A DNA stretch of 64,000 bases from Thermodesulfobacteriota bacterium (GCA_965205855.1 OZ242184.1:896001-960000); one strand, 5' to 3'; shown: positions 1 through 11,075, numbered from the stretch's first letter. Program-made: numbers and translations. Notes: generated from the sequence alone by a model not told the origin.

Positions 1-1616
1 AAACTCTCAGAGAAAACGGAGTAAAGTTCAGTTACGCGAAAAATTCGGGTAGAAGCTTCGGGCAGATTTTAATAAGCTGGGGACCGTTTCTGCTCCTTAT
101 AATACTTATGGTTTTCTTTCTGCGCCAGATTCAGGCAGGCGGCTCAAAAGCGATGTCCTTCGGCAAGAACAAGGCTAAAAAACTGGACACTGAAAACAAC
201 AAAATAACATTTGACGATGTGGCGGGAATCGAAGAAGCAAAAGAGGAAGTCGGAGAGATAGTAGACTTTCTGCAAAACCCGGCAAGGTTCACTTCAATAG
301 GAGGCAAAATTCCGAAAGGGGTGTTGCTTGTTGGGCCCCCCGGAACGGGAAAAACCCTTCTCGCCCGCGCGATTGCGGGAGAAGCCAACGTTCCATTTTT
401 TCTGATAAGCGGAAGTGATTTTGTTGAAATGTTTGTTGGCGTCGGCGCTTCAAGGGTCAGAGACCTTTTCGCTCAGGCGAAAAAGAGTGCTCCATGCATA
501 ATATTTGTGGATGAACTTGACGCGGTCGGCAGGCACAGAGGAGCTGGTCTTGGAGGAGGCCATGATGAAAGGGAGCAAACCCTCAACCAGCTTCTTGTGG
601 AAATGGACGGCTTTGAAAACAACAGGGGAACAATAGTTATGGCGGCAACAAACCGTCCCGATGTTCTTGACCCTGCGCTTCTGCGTCCGGGGAGGTTTGA
701 TAGACAGATAGTTGTTTCCAGACCCGACTTCAAAGGACGCAAAGCCATACTTCAGGTTCACTCAAGAAAAACCCCTCTGCAAACAAATGTGGACCTTGAG
801 GTAATAGCACTGTCAACTCCGGGGTTTTCCGGCGCGGATCTTGAAAACCTTGTGAATGAGTCGGTTCTTCACGCTGCGCGCAATGGAAACAAGATGGTCT
901 CAATGGAAGACTTTGAATACGCCAAGGACAAAATAATGATGGGTTCGGAAAGAAAAAGTCTTGTCATAAATGAGAAAGAGCGGAATATCACTGCTTACCA
1001 CGAAGCCGGACACGCCGTGGTCGCAAAACTCACTCCGGGCGCGGACCCAGTGCACAAGGTAACAATTATTCCGCGTGGAATGGCTCTCGGCCTCACGCAG
1101 CAGATACCCAAAGAAGACACATACACACAGTCGCGCTCTTATCTGAACACTTTGATAATGGTGCTGCTCGGCGGGCGCGCAGCGGAAGAAATCATCTTCG
1201 GAGAACGCACAAGCGGAGCCGGAAACGATTTGAAAAGAGTTACCGAAATAGCCAGAAAGATGGTCTGCGAGTGGGGAATGAGCGAAAAAATAGGCCCCAT
1301 ATCACTCGCGAAAACCGAAGAGCAAGTTTTCCTCGGAAAAGAGTTTGCGAAAGCATTCGACCACAGTCAGCGGACCGCCGAAAAAATAGACATGGAAATC
1401 AAAGCGATTGTGGAAATGAACTATGGGAAAAGCAAAAGGGTTTTGAACAACAACATAGAACTGCTCAAATCGGTTGCCAAGAGGCTTTTAAAAAAAGAAA
1501 GCATCACCGGCAGGGAAATAGACGAAATAATGGAAGCCTCAAACCTTTTCGTCAAACATTTTAAAGACAGAAAATCCTCAGAAATGGAATCGGGGCCGCA
1601 ACAAGCCCGCGCATGA
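1..1616 (+). CDS. ftsH: ATP-dependent zinc metalloprotease FtsH (5' end outside window)
   Basis: Walker A GPPGTGKT, Walker [36 protein letters not shown] zinc motif; frame is open back to the window start through a TM segment. Confidence 0.98.
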   Translation, partial: TLRENGVKFSYAKNSGRSFGQILISWGPFLLLIILMVFFLRQIQAGGSKAMSFGKNKAKKLDTENNKITFDDVAGIEEAKEEVGEIVDFLQNPARFTSIGGKIPKGVLLVGPPGTGKTLLARAIAGEANVPFFLISGSDFVEMFVGVGASRVRDLFAQAKKSAPCIIFVDELDAVGRHRGAGLGGGHDEREQTLNQLLVEMDGFENNRGTIVMAATNRPDVLDPALLRPGRFDRQIVVSRPDFKGRKAILQVHSRKTPLQTNVDLEVIALSTPGFSGADLENLVNESVLHAARNGNKMVSMEDFEYAKDKIMMGSERKSLVINEKERNITAYHEAGHAVVAKLTPGADPVHKVTIIPRGMALGLTQQIPKEDTYTQSRSYLNTLIMVLLGGRAAEEIIFGERTSGAGNDLKRVTEIARKMVCEWGMSEKIGPISLAKTEEQVFLGKEFAKAFDHSQRTAEKIDMEIKAIVEMNYGKSKRVLNNNIELLKSVAKRLLKKESITGREIDEIMEASNLFVKHFKDRKSSEMESGPQQARA

Positions 1617-2506
1617 TAAAACACATGATATCAACAGTCCGGAACATCAAACCGACGCCTGCCGTTTTAAAAACAAAGAGCGGGGATATTCCAATGTCCA
1701 AACCCCTTGTGATGGGAGTGCTGAATCTGACCCCCGATTCTTTTTACGCGGAAAGCAGATGCGCATCCGTTGACGAATCGCTTTTCAGAGTTGAAAACAT
1801 GCTTGATGAGGGAGCGGACATTGTGGATATGGGAGCCGAATCCACACGCCCCGGTTCAATTCCCGTTTCCGAGAAAGAGGAAACCAAACGGCTGATACCG
1901 GTTCTTGAACAGTGCGTGAAAAAATTCGGAGATTCAATTTTTTCCGTGGATACAACCAAAGCCGCCGTCGCACAGCGCGCTCTTGAAAGCGGCGCTTCAA
2001 TAATAAATGACATAAGCGGTCTTGCGTTTGAGCCTTCCATAGCAAAATGCGTAGCAGAGGCGGACGCAGCCATTGTTGTTTCCCACACACCTGAACGCCC
2101 GGGCAAAATGCAGTCCCGAACGGACTACACTTGCGTCGTACGCGATGTCATAAAATCCCTGAAACAATCCGTCGAAAAAGCCGTCAATGCCGGAGTGCGG
2201 ATTGAGTCCATTGTGATTGACCCGGGAATAGGCTTCGGGAAAACGCAAAATCAGAACCTTGAAATACTCAACAGACTTGATGAATTCTTTGAAATTGGCC
2301 GCCCCGTCCTCGTCGGGACATCCCGCAAGTCTTTTATAGGCGGAGTTCTCGGAGGACTTCCGGCTGAGGAAAGGATTGAAGGAACCGCCGCGACCGTGAC
2401 GGTAGCGGTGACGAAAGGCGCTCAAATAGTGCGCGTTCATGACGTAAAAGAAATGGCGCGCGTGGCTACAATGTCATACGCGATAAAAAGCGGGATGGCG
2501 GCATGA
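1613..2506 (+). CDS. folP: dihydropteroate synthase
   Basis: [40 protein letters not shown] motifs; follows ftsH. Confidence 0.97.
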   Translation: MIKHMISTVRNIKPTPAVLKTKSGDIPMSKPLVMGVLNLTPDSFYAESRCASVDESLFRVENMLDEGADIVDMGAESTRPGSIPVSEKEETKRLIPVLEQCVKKFGDSIFSVDTTKAAVAQRALESGASIINDISGLAFEPSIAKCVAEADAAIVVSHTPERPGKMQSRTDYTCVVRDVIKSLKQSVEKAVNAGVRIESIVIDPGIGFGKTQNQNLEILNRLDEFFEIGRPVLVGTSRKSFIGGVLGGLPAEERIEGTAATVTVAVTKGAQIVRVHDVKEMARVATMSYAIKSGMAA

Positions 2507-3321
2507 GTCAAATTATCGAAATTCTATCGCTGAGTTTTCTCGCCGGCTTTAACATAAAAGATGCCATAGACTTGCTGCTAGTTACGGTGATTCTCTACAA
2601 ACTGATATCACTGCTTGAAGGCAAGCGCGCGATACAGATGATAGTCGGACTGTGTTTGATCTTCGTTCTCTATCTGGTGTCCGGCGAACTCGGTATGTTC
2701 ACAATAAACTGGATTTTGAGGGAGTTTCTGAGTGCCATAATAATAATAATCGTGGTGTTGTTCCAAAATGACATAAGAAAGGCTTTGTCGAGCATCGGAG
2801 GTAGCTCACCGCTGCGGAAATTTCTCAAGAAGTCCGATTATAACGAAAAAACGGTTGATGAGATAGTCAAGGCGGCAAACTATCTGGCAAACAACAAAAT
2901 AGGAGCCATTATCGCGATTGAAAGAACAAACAGTCTTATGGATTACTCGGAAGGAGGAATAGAAGTCAACACATCGGTTTCATCCGAAATTCTGATAAGC
3001 ATATTCAATCCGGATTCTCCTCTTCACGACGGCGGTGTACTTATTCAAGAAAACAAAATCACTTCGGCAGGCTGCTTCTTCCCCATAGACACAAATCCGG
3101 ACATCCCCAATCACCTTGGAACCCGTCACCGCGCCGCTTTCGGCCTGTCCAATGAGACGGACGCAGTCGTTGTTGTTATTTCGGAAGAAAGAGGGGAAAT
3201 CTCCGTAATGATTCAAGACAAGAGAAGATTCAGAATAGATGTAACCGCCTTGAGAAGCACCCTCAATTTGTTGCTTCAATTAAACTCGGAAAGCACGGGG
3301 GCAAAGGAAAGCAAACCATGA
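2503..3321 (+). CDS. cdaA: diadenylate cyclase CdaA/DacA
   Basis: three N-terminal TM helices, SPLHDGG and GTRHRAA catalytic motifs, ISEERG. Confidence 0.95.
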   Translation: MSQIIEILSLSFLAGFNIKDAIDLLLVTVILYKLISLLEGKRAIQMIVGLCLIFVLYLVSGELGMFTINWILREFLSAIIIIIVVLFQNDIRKALSSIGGSSPLRKFLKKSDYNEKTVDEIVKAANYLANNKIGAIIAIERTNSLMDYSEGGIEVNTSVSSEILISIFNPDSPLHDGGVLIQENKITSAGCFFPIDTNPDIPNHLGTRHRAAFGLSNETDAVVVVISEERGEISVMIQDKRRFRIDVTALRSTLNLLLQLNSESTGAKESKP

Positions 3322-4340
3322 CCCCAACAAGTGAAAAAGAAAACAAGCGCGGAGAGAAAATGATAAAAAATCGCGCCGTGTCGCGGTTTTTTTCAAAAAA
3401 TATGCCTTCTCTGAGTTTGGGACGTCTTGCTCTGGCATTTGCTGTCGCGAGCATTATGTGGTTCACCGCAAACTATAAATCCGATTTAGAAAAAGAGCTT
3501 GAAATACCGATTAACTACCTGAATTTGTCCGACAACCTTGTTATAAGCAACAAGCCGAATCTGCCAAGATACGCAAAACTGAGAATCAAGGGAACGCGTA
3601 GCCAGGTTTCTGGGGTCGCAAAAACCAATGCGGCAATCAACATAGATATGGAAAACGAAGGGACGGGAGTTTTTCGCCGTCAGGTAAGTCCCGAATCTAT
3701 CAGTCTTCCACGAAACGTGAAGATAATCAGAATAAGTCCGCGTGAGATTATTTTTGACATCGACACGATTCTTGAAAAATTTGTTTCGGTCAAACCCGTC
3801 ATAGGCCGACCTGGCAGCGGATACAGAATTGACAACAAACCGCAAGTCAAACCCTCCGCGGCAAAAATAAAGGGACCGAAAAAAATTATTCAGGATATCA
3901 AAGAGATTCTTACGAGCCCAATCTCCATTGACAAAGAAAAATCGGGTTTTTCAATAGATGTCGGACTTGTTTCCCCCGATTCGCGTGTTGAACTGAGCAA
4001 TATAAAAACTGTCAAGGTAACGGTGAACATATCCGAATTAAATATTGAAAAATCCTTCCGGGATCTGAAAGTGGAAGTTCACAACGCTCCGAAGACCGGA
4101 ACATTCAGGGTAAAGCCCGACAAAGCGAAGATAAAATTTGACGGGCCCGAGTCTATTATCAACAGCCTTCACAGCGAAGACATAATCATATTTCTGGATG
4201 CCTCCAACGCCGGAAAACTCCCCGCTGGCGGAGAGGCGGTCTACCGCCTGCGTTCCACATATCCGTACGACGACAAAATTCAAGTAATAGAAATCACTCC
4301 TAAAAACGCAAAGATAATAAGAGAGGAGACGGAAAAGTAG
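3318..4340 (+). CDS. cdaR: CdaR/YbbR-domain regulator
   Basis: N-terminal TM anchor plus repeated beta-rich YbbR-like units; lies between cdaA and glmM. Confidence 0.85.
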   Translation: MTPTSEKENKRGEKMIKNRAVSRFFSKNMPSLSLGRLALAFAVASIMWFTANYKSDLEKELEIPINYLNLSDNLVISNKPNLPRYAKLRIKGTRSQVSGVAKTNAAINIDMENEGTGVFRRQVSPESISLPRNVKIIRISPREIIFDIDTILEKFVSVKPVIGRPGSGYRIDNKPQVKPSAAKIKGPKKIIQDIKEILTSPISIDKEKSGFSIDVGLVSPDSRVELSNIKTVKVTVNISELNIEKSFRDLKVEVHNAPKTGTFRVKPDKAKIKFDGPESIINSLHSEDIIIFLDASNAGKLPAGGEAVYRLRSTYPYDDKIQVIEITPKNAKIIREETEK

Positions 4341-4341
4341 A

Positions 4342-5706
4342 GTGCCGCCGGAAAAACTGTTTGGAACCGACGGAATAAGAGGAATCTCCGGGGAATTCCC
4401 CGTGAACGAATCCGGTTCCCGCGCTATAGGATTCGCGGTAACGAAGGTGTTGAAAAAACAAGCCAATGTTCCTCGAATCGCGGTCGGAAGAGACACAAGA
4501 AAGCGCGGTGATTTGCTTCAACGGAAGATTTGCACGGGAATTGCCTCATGCGGAGGAAAAATCATTCGCGCGGATATCTGCCCCACTCCGGCGATTGTGG
4601 CTCTCGTTCTTGAGAGCCGCGCGGATGCGGGAGTTATGATTTCCGCCTCTCACAACCCGCCCGAATACAACGGCTTCAAAATATTCAACTCCAAAGGCTT
4701 AAAGATTGGCTTGAGCGAGGAAAGTGAAATCCAAAAAAAGTTTGAGAAATTGAAATACGACACCCCAACTGACGGTTTGAAAACAATACCGGAAGAAAAA
4801 CCTGACTGGGAAAAAACATACTCTTCCTCTCTTGATACGTCAGCGCGGGAAGGACGCGACTTTTCGGGAATGACAATCTGCCTTGACTGCGCCAACGGCG
4901 CAATGTTTAAAATAGCACCGAAGGTTTTTGAAAAAACCGGAGCAAAAATGTTTCTGACAGGTACAGAACCTGATGGCAAAAACATAAACAAAGACTGCGG
5001 AAGCCTTGAAACCTCACTGCTCGGCAAGATGGTCAGGGAAAGCGGAGCCGCTTTCGGAGCGGCCCTTGACGGAGATGGAGATAGGGTCGCTTTTTGTGAT
5101 GAGAATGGAAACGAGGTAGACGGAGACATAATCATAGCCCTTTTTGCGCGAGAAATGCTGGAAAATGGCGCGTTGAAAAAACCGCTTGTGGCAACGACGG
5201 TTATGAGCAACAAGGGGCTTGAAATATTCCTGCAAAAAACGGGAATAGAAATAGTCAGAACGGATGTGGGAGATAGAAATGTGTCTGATATTATGAGGAA
5301 AGAACTCATAAACTTTGGAGGTGAAAAATCCGGTCATCTGATATTTTCAGACTATTCAACCAATGGAGACGGATTGCTCGCCGCCCTGCTGATCGCGGAT
5401 ATTGTAAAGAAAAAAAACAAACCTTTTTCGCAAATACTTCCCCAATTTGAACTTTTCCCTCATATTCTTGCCAATTTGCGAGTTGCTCAAAGAGAGCCCT
5501 TCGACCAAATGCCCGGACTCACCGAAGAGATTCCGAAGCTTGAACAATACCTCGGCAACGGGGGAAGAATCCATATGCGCTATTCCGGAACGGAACCTCT
5601 CGCGAGAATCCTTGTGGAGGGAAAAAACCACCGGGCTGTTAGGGAAGCCGCGGACAAAATCGTCGATATTGTGGAGCGAAGAGTCGGAGCGGGGCGGAGA
5701 AACTAA
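4342..5706 (+). CDS. glmM: phosphoglucosamine mutase
   Basis: LFGTDGIRG, ISASHNP, DGDGDR, GGEKSGH, RYSGTEP. Confidence 0.97.
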   Translation: MPPEKLFGTDGIRGISGEFPVNESGSRAIGFAVTKVLKKQANVPRIAVGRDTRKRGDLLQRKICTGIASCGGKIIRADICPTPAIVALVLESRADAGVMISASHNPPEYNGFKIFNSKGLKIGLSEESEIQKKFEKLKYDTPTDGLKTIPEEKPDWEKTYSSSLDTSAREGRDFSGMTICLDCANGAMFKIAPKVFEKTGAKMFLTGTEPDGKNINKDCGSLETSLLGKMVRESGAAFGAALDGDGDRVAFCDENGNEVDGDIIIALFAREMLENGALKKPLVATTVMSNKGLEIFLQKTGIEIVRTDVGDRNVSDIMRKELINFGGEKSGHLIFSDYSTNGDGLLAALLIADIVKKKNKPFSQILPQFELFPHILANLRVAQREPFDQMPGLTEEIPKLEQYLGNGGRIHMRYSGTEPLARILVEGKNHRAVREAADKIVDIVERRVGAGRRN

Positions 5707-5708
5707 AG

Positions 5709-6440
5709 TTGGTCGGGTTGAATATCAATATAGACCATATTGCCACTCTCAGACGGGCACGAGGCGGAGAGGAACCGAGTCCAATCAGAGCCGCTCGCGT
5801 AGCGGAGAAAGCCGGAGCGGCAGGCATTGTAGCTCATCTCAGAGAAGACAGAAGGCACATAACGGACAATGACCTTTACGGGTTGAAAAAATCCGTAAAA
5901 ACAAAGCTCAACATGGAAATGGCGGCTACCGATGAAATGCTTGCAATAGCCCTGTCCGTGCTTCCTGATATGGCAACCATTGTGCCGGAAAAAAGAGAGG
6001 AACTAACAACGGAGGAAGGTCTTGATGTCGCGGGAAATCGGTTGAAAATCAGGCGCGTTGTCTCAGCCCTTTCGGAAAGCGGAATAACGGTCAGTTTGTT
6101 TATAGATCCGGTTTTTGAACAAATAGAGGCGGCGGCGGATGCGGGAGCGAGAATGGTCGAAATACACACGGGCGCGTTTGCTAATCAGTGTTTGGAAAAA
6201 GAGAAAGAAAAAGAATTTCAAATGATAGAAAAATCAGTTCCATACGCGCTTGACATGGGTTTACAGGTTTCAGCCGGGCACGGACTTGACTATGAAAACA
6301 CCAAAGCAATAGCATCATTGGAAGGAATTAAAGAACTGAACATCGGATACGGAGTAGTATCAAGAGCGGTTTTTTACGGTATGAAACGCGCGGTTGAAGA
6401 TATGGTTGCCATAATCGCGAAAGCCTCGGAGAGGAAATGA
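5709..6440 (+). CDS. pdxJ: pyridoxine 5'-phosphate synthase
   Basis: NIDHIATLR, HLREDRRHI, VPEKREELTTE, AGHGL. Confidence 0.97.
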   Translation: MVGLNINIDHIATLRRARGGEEPSPIRAARVAEKAGAAGIVAHLREDRRHITDNDLYGLKKSVKTKLNMEMAATDEMLAIALSVLPDMATIVPEKREELTTEEGLDVAGNRLKIRRVVSALSESGITVSLFIDPVFEQIEAAADAGARMVEIHTGAFANQCLEKEKEKEFQMIEKSVPYALDMGLQVSAGHGLDYENTKAIASLEGIKELNIGYGVVSRAVFYGMKRAVEDMVAIIAKASERK

Positions 6441-6814
6441 TACTCGGAATCGGAACCGACATTGTGGACAACAAAAGAATTGCCTCTGTGGTTTCAAAAC
6501 ATGGAGACAGATTTATAAAAAAACTTTTCTCCGCGCGTGAGAGAAAAATTTTTCAAAAATTCAAGGGTGACGAACAAAAACTGGGAACGTCTTTTGCCGC
6601 AAAGGAATCTCTTGTAAAAGCCATGGGAACCGGCTTCAGGTACGGAATATCTTTTTTAAACATTGAAGTGCTGAGAGGCAGACACGGGAAACCTCTTATC
6701 AAACTGTCCGGCAAGGCGGAAGAAGTTGCCCGGGCGATGGGAGTGAAACGTATACACCTGTCCATGTCAAACGAAAAATCACACAGTCTGGCGGTTGTCA
6801 TTCTTGAAAGTTAA
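6437..6814 (+). CDS. acpS: holo-ACP synthase
   Basis: GIGTDIV, FAAKES, GKP motifs; follows pdxJ. Confidence 0.95.
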   Translation: MILGIGTDIVDNKRIASVVSKHGDRFIKKLFSARERKIFQKFKGDEQKLGTSFAAKESLVKAMGTGFRYGISFLNIEVLRGRHGKPLIKLSGKAEEVARAMGVKRIHLSMSNEKSHSLAVVILES

Positions 6815-8081
6815 AAAAGACCCCTTTAAATACCTGGATTCGCTTGAACAACACACCGTAAAGCCCGGGCTTGAAAGAATCTCAAACGTTCTGAAAGCGG
6901 AAGGAAACCCGCATCTTGCCCTGAATACGGTTCTCATAGCCGGGACAAATGGAAAAACCTCCACCGCATCAATACTGGCGGAAATTCTTACGGCGGGCGG
7001 TTTTTCAATTGGGCTTTACACTTCCCCGCATCTCATACGGCTCGGGGAAAGAATAAAAATATCCGGACGGGAAATTCCGATTTCCGTTCTTGGAGAATTG
7101 CTTTGCCGGGCACGCCGCCTTTCGGAAAACCTGAACCTTCAGATGAGTTATTTTGAAACACTTACCGCCGCCGCTTTTATTTATTTTAAGGAAAAAAGAG
7201 TTGATGCCGCGGTTTTTGAAGTTGGAATGGGAGGAAGGTGGGACGCGGTAAATGTCGCGCAACCTGTGGTGTCGGCAATTACCAATATCTCAATGGACCA
7301 TATGCGGTATCTGGGAAGTACATTGGAAGAGATTGCTCTGGAAAAGGCGGGAATAATAAAACGGGAAACTCCTCTTGTTACCGCTGCCGGAGAAGTGGCC
7401 CTTGGCGTGATTGAAAAAAAATGTGAAGAAAAACGCGCTCCGATTTTCAGAAACGAAAAAGAGTTTTTCTGCAGTGAAACTGAAAATGGAGCTTTTAATT
7501 ACGCCGGACCACGGTGGACGGTGAATAACATCCGACCGGAAATAAAGGGAAGTTTTCAGCGGGCAAACGCCTGCGTCGCGCTTGCCTGTGCAGAGGTAAT
7601 AGACCGTCTCAAAGGTTTTAACATTCCACCGGAGCGGGTGAGAAAAGCTGTCGGACAAACCCGTGTCGTTGGGAGAATGGAGTATGCGCGGACAAATCCT
7701 CCCTTCATTATAGACGGCGCTCACAATCCCGCATCGGCGCGGCACCTTGTGGAATCTCTCGGGGAACTTCACCGGGGGCTGCGGTTTGTTTTTGTCATAG
7801 CAATGTCCGGAGACAAAGACCACGCGGAATTTATAAAACAGATAGCACCGGTCTGCTTGCGTCTGATACTCACCCGAAGTCCGGACGGGAAAAGCGCGCA
7901 ACCGGAAACTTTGAGAAAATTCGCGCCGACAAACACTGAAACAGAAATAGCGGCAACACCCGAACGCGCGCTTGAAAAAGCCCGTCAAACCGCCCTGCCC
8001 TGTTGCGTAACCGGCTCTTTGTACTTTGCCGGAGAGGTGAAAAAACTAATTTCACGACCCGATTTTTCAATCGAGGTTTAG
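6795..8081 (+). CDS. folC: folylpolyglutamate synthase/dihydrofolate synthase
   Basis: AGTNGKTS, YTSPHL, EVGMGGRWDA, DGAHNP, TGSLY. Confidence 0.96.
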   Translation: MSFLKVKKDPFKYLDSLEQHTVKPGLERISNVLKAEGNPHLALNTVLIAGTNGKTSTASILAEILTAGGFSIGLYTSPHLIRLGERIKISGREIPISVLGELLCRARRLSENLNLQMSYFETLTAAAFIYFKEKRVDAAVFEVGMGGRWDAVNVAQPVVSAITNISMDHMRYLGSTLEEIALEKAGIIKRETPLVTAAGEVALGVIEKKCEEKRAPIFRNEKEFFCSETENGAFNYAGPRWTVNNIRPEIKGSFQRANACVALACAEVIDRLKGFNIPPERVRKAVGQTRVVGRMEYARTNPPFIIDGAHNPASARHLVESLGELHRGLRFVFVIAMSGDKDHAEFIKQIAPVCLRLILTRSPDGKSAQPETLRKFAPTNTETEIAATPERALEKARQTALPCCVTGSLYFAGEVKKLISRPDFSIEV

Positions 8082-8789
8082 AAATTGACACATCTTGGAA
8101 ACCCTGTTGAACGTCAGGTCTCCCAGCTCGTGTTCAAGTTCGTTTTTTCCGTATTTTGTTGTGAGAATTATTTTCCCCACCGCGCTGTGTCTTGCCAAAA
8201 TCAATCTTTCAAGAATACCCTTTTCCCAGTCGGTAAGACCGCGCCCTCCGAACCCAACGCCATCAACCACAAGCAACTCGACATTGAGAAACCGGCGGAG
8301 AAAGGCACGTTCCGAAACCCCTTCACCTCTGTCCTTTATTTGAAGTATAAAATCACCGAAATCTTGAAACAGACAGTCTATGCCCTGTTTGAGTGTCTGA
8401 TCGGCGACCGTGGCGGCGGCAAGATAGGTTTTTCCGCGTCCCGGGGGGCCTGTGAGTACAAAACCCTTTGCCACCGGATAGGAGTCTATAAAACCACGAA
8501 TGTAGCTGCAGGCCAAAGCTGACTCCTTTGTGCCCAAATCTTCTACTTTGGCAGACACCATAGCAGACGGTATGCGCGCTTTGTTGTATTTTTTAATATT
8601 GCCGTAAAGCGCCGAGCATTGATCACAGGGAACAACGCACCTGTAGTTATCTTTGTCTCTTTGAACCATAACGCCCCGTCCTTCGCATTGTTCGCAATTT
8701 TTTTTGCATTCACAAACACTTGCGTGCGCGAAAGGTTTTTCCTCGCCCAGGATAAAACCTCCCCCGCCGCATCTATCGCACGTCTTCAC
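8067..8789 (-). CDS. DnaC/IstB-like AAA+ ATPase with N-terminal Cys-rich zinc finger
   Basis: CxxC pairs (CDRC, CEC, CEQC, CDQC), Walker A GPPGRGKT, degenerate Walker B LLVVDG; probable GTG start at 8789 (ORF track 8825). Confidence 0.75.
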   Translation of the reverse strand: MKTCDRCGGGGFILGEEKPFAHASVCECKKNCEQCEGRGVMVQRDKDNYRCVVPCDQCSALYGNIKKYNKARIPSAMVSAKVEDLGTKESALACSYIRGFIDSYPVAKGFVLTGPPGRGKTYLAAATVADQTLKQGIDCLFQDFGDFILQIKDRGEGVSERAFLRRFLNVELLVVDGVGFGGRGLTDWEKGILERLILARHSAVGKIILTTKYGKNELEHELGDLTFNRVSKMCQFLNLD

Positions 8790-9453
8790 TTTCCATCCCG
8801 TTTGCCGAAGAAAACAGCCCGTCAAGACCGGATTCCCTCATAATAATTTCATTCAGACAACCCGCCAACGCTTTTTTTCTGTCACCCTTGTTTATAAAGC
8901 TCCTTCCAGAAACCGCCTCGCGCGCTTGCTTGTTTACGCGTTCTGTGCGCTCCAGGTCAAAACCCGCAACCAGTTCTCTGCACATCCTGTCGCGTAATGT
9001 TTCCAAAAAATCACCCACGCTGTTTGCTTTTACTCCAGCTCTGGAAAGTTGTTTGCTGGCTTTTTCAAGGCACCTCTTCACATTGTCGTCCTTTTCCCTT
9101 GCCAGAGCTTTTCGCACATTGCGTGAAACTGCCGCAATCACCGAGTGAACAAACTGTTCCGGCGGCATTTGCCGGGAAGAAACTTTAGAAATGCCGCCGG
9201 CAAGAGAACGGGACTTTATGAAAGATTCCTCAACAAAACGGCTGCATCCCGATATCCGTAGCCTCTCCGGTCTGGAGCTGTTTTCAAAAGCCTTTTTTAT
9301 CCCAAGAAGAACATCGCGCTTCGGAACTCCCTCCCGTTTCCACTGTATCAAAAGATAGTCGTCCTCGGATGAGATTATCGCCCTACCGACAAGGGAGCAG
9401 AAATAGTCTTTTATTTCCCTCATATAGCTGCTTTCGGATATCAAATCGGTCAT
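8773..9453 (-). CDS. hypothetical protein with DnaD/DnaB_2-like N-terminal region
   Basis: 226-aa ORF overlapping both neighbours; YF...GRAIISSEDDYLLIQWKREGVP...VLLGIKKAF resembles a DnaD-like helical domain (inference). Confidence 0.55.
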   Translation of the reverse strand: MTDLISESSYMREIKDYFCSLVGRAIISSEDDYLLIQWKREGVPKRDVLLGIKKAFENSSRPERLRISGCSRFVEESFIKSRSLAGGISKVSSRQMPPEQFVHSVIAAVSRNVRKALAREKDDNVKRCLEKASKQLSRAGVKANSVGDFLETLRDRMCRELVAGFDLERTERVNKQAREAVSGRSFINKGDRKKALAGCLNEIIMRESGLDGLFSSANGMESEDVR

Positions 9454-10127
9454 TGGGAAGTCCGCGGAGCAATCTCTTTCATATCCCTTACCGCTTTGGC
9501 TATATCGTCCCGCCCGAATATACCGGAACCGCTCACCACCGCATCCGCGCCGGATTCCACAACCGCTTTGGCTTTTTCAAAATGCAATCCGCCGTCCACT
9601 TCAATAATTGGAACCCCTTCGGTTGGAGGACCGAGAATACCGCGCACTGCTTCTATTTTTTTCAATGACGACTCCATAAATTTCTGCCCCGAAAATCCCG
9701 GCTCAACGGACATGATAAGAACAATGTCCGCCACCGACAAAGCGCCTTCAATTGAAGAAACCGGAGTTGAAGGATTAAGAGCGACTCCCGCCATAACGCC
9801 AAGCGAACGGATATCCGAAAGCACGGACGAAACATCATCGCATGTTTCAACCTGGACCGTAATGTTGTTCAGTCTGTCTCCTCCGGCCTTGACAAACGCG
9901 CGGATTATCTTCTCGGGATTGTTAATCATCAAATGAACATCCATCGGCGGACACTCAATATTTGAAAGAGATTTAACCACAGGAAGGCCTATGCTTATGT
10001 TTGGAACAAAGCAACCGTCCATAACATCAACATGTATCCAATCTGCGCCGGCATCGGCGACGGCAAGAACCTGTTCGCCAAGTTTTGTAAAATCGGCAGC
10101 GAGTATTGAAGGAGCAACAATGGCCAT
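9450..10127 (-). CDS. rpe: ribulose-phosphate 3-epimerase
   Basis: APSILAADF, HVDVMDG, MSVEPGFSGQKF, EVDGG; start MAIVAPS at 10127. Confidence 0.97.
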   Translation of the reverse strand: MAIVAPSILAADFTKLGEQVLAVADAGADWIHVDVMDGCFVPNISIGLPVVKSLSNIECPPMDVHLMINNPEKIIRAFVKAGGDRLNNITVQVETCDDVSSVLSDIRSLGVMAGVALNPSTPVSSIEGALSVADIVLIMSVEPGFSGQKFMESSLKKIEAVRGILGPPTEGVPIIEVDGGLHFEKAKAVVESGADAVVSGSGIFGRDDIAKAVRDMKEIAPRTSQ

Positions 10128-10300
10128 TGCACGATAGATTATATCATAAACCGCCCCGCCCCACCGTACCACAACCGGAGTGGTGGGGCGAAAACCCGCG
10201 CGCGAATGCCATCTCCGCACCGACACCGGTTTTGCTTGTCCATCTGGTTTCGGCACGGGTTGTGTGATAGATTTTATTTTAAAGGCGGGAGGCACATGCA

Positions 10301-10498
10301 ATGAGTGAAAAAACGACAATACAGATTCTCAAAGACGGTCCGCTGATTGTGTCCGGAATGTTTGAGATAACCGGTTCTTCCAACGAAAAAATCGACTGCC
10401 GAGACAAAGTTGCCCTTTGCAGATGCGGCGCTTCGGCAACCAAACCGTTTTGTGACGGAACTCATAAAAAAATCGGGTTCCAAGAATCAAGAGACTGA
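10301..10498 (+). CDS. CDGSH iron-sulfur domain protein
   Basis: LCRCGASATKPFCDGTH motif; GGAGG RBS upstream. Confidence 0.92.
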   Translation: MSEKTTIQILKDGPLIVSGMFEITGSSNEKIDCRDKVALCRCGASATKPFCDGTHKKIGFQESRD

Positions 10499-10520
10499 CA
10501 GAAGACTCAGGAGGTCTATC

Positions 10521-11075
10521 ATGGCACTTACACCATCCAACATGGTTCCGCTCGGGATGAAAGCCCCCGATTTCAATCTTCCCGATGTTATAAGCGGACA
10601 GAATAAAACTCTGGGGGACTTTCAATCCAACTTGGCAACCGTTGTGGTGTTTATATGTAACCACTGCCCTTATGTGAAACATATTCAGAGCGGACTCGTC
10701 TCTCTTGCCGAAAATTACATTCCGCGCGGCGTGTTGTTTGTCGCAATCAATTCAAATGATGTTGAGAACTATCCCGAGGACTCGCCCGGGAAAATGCTTG
10801 AAGAAGCCAAACGGTTCAACTACCCGTTCGCGTATCTATTCGATGAAACACAGGAAGTGGCAAAGTCATATGACGCCGCATGTACGCCTGATTTCTTTGT
10901 TTTTGACAAAGATTTTTTCTGTGTTTATAGAGGGCAGATGGACGATTCAAGACCCGAAAACGGAAAGCCTGTCACCGGCAAAGACATAAAAAACGCCCTT
11001 GACCGTATTATTAAAGGGAACCCTCCGGTTGAAAATCAGATTCCGAGCATGGGATGCAACATAAAGTGGAAATAG
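10521..11075 (+). CDS. thioredoxin-fold (AhpC/TSA-like) redoxin
   Basis: APDFNLPD, FICNHCPYV, ACTPDFF, C-terminal GCNIKWK; AGGAGG RBS before ATG 10521. Confidence 0.92.
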   Translation: MALTPSNMVPLGMKAPDFNLPDVISGQNKTLGDFQSNLATVVVFICNHCPYVKHIQSGLVSLAENYIPRGVLFVAINSNDVENYPEDSPGKMLEEAKRFNYPFAYLFDETQEVAKSYDAACTPDFFVFDKDFFCVYRGQMDDSRPENGKPVTGKDIKNALDRIIKGNPPVENQIPSMGCNIKWK

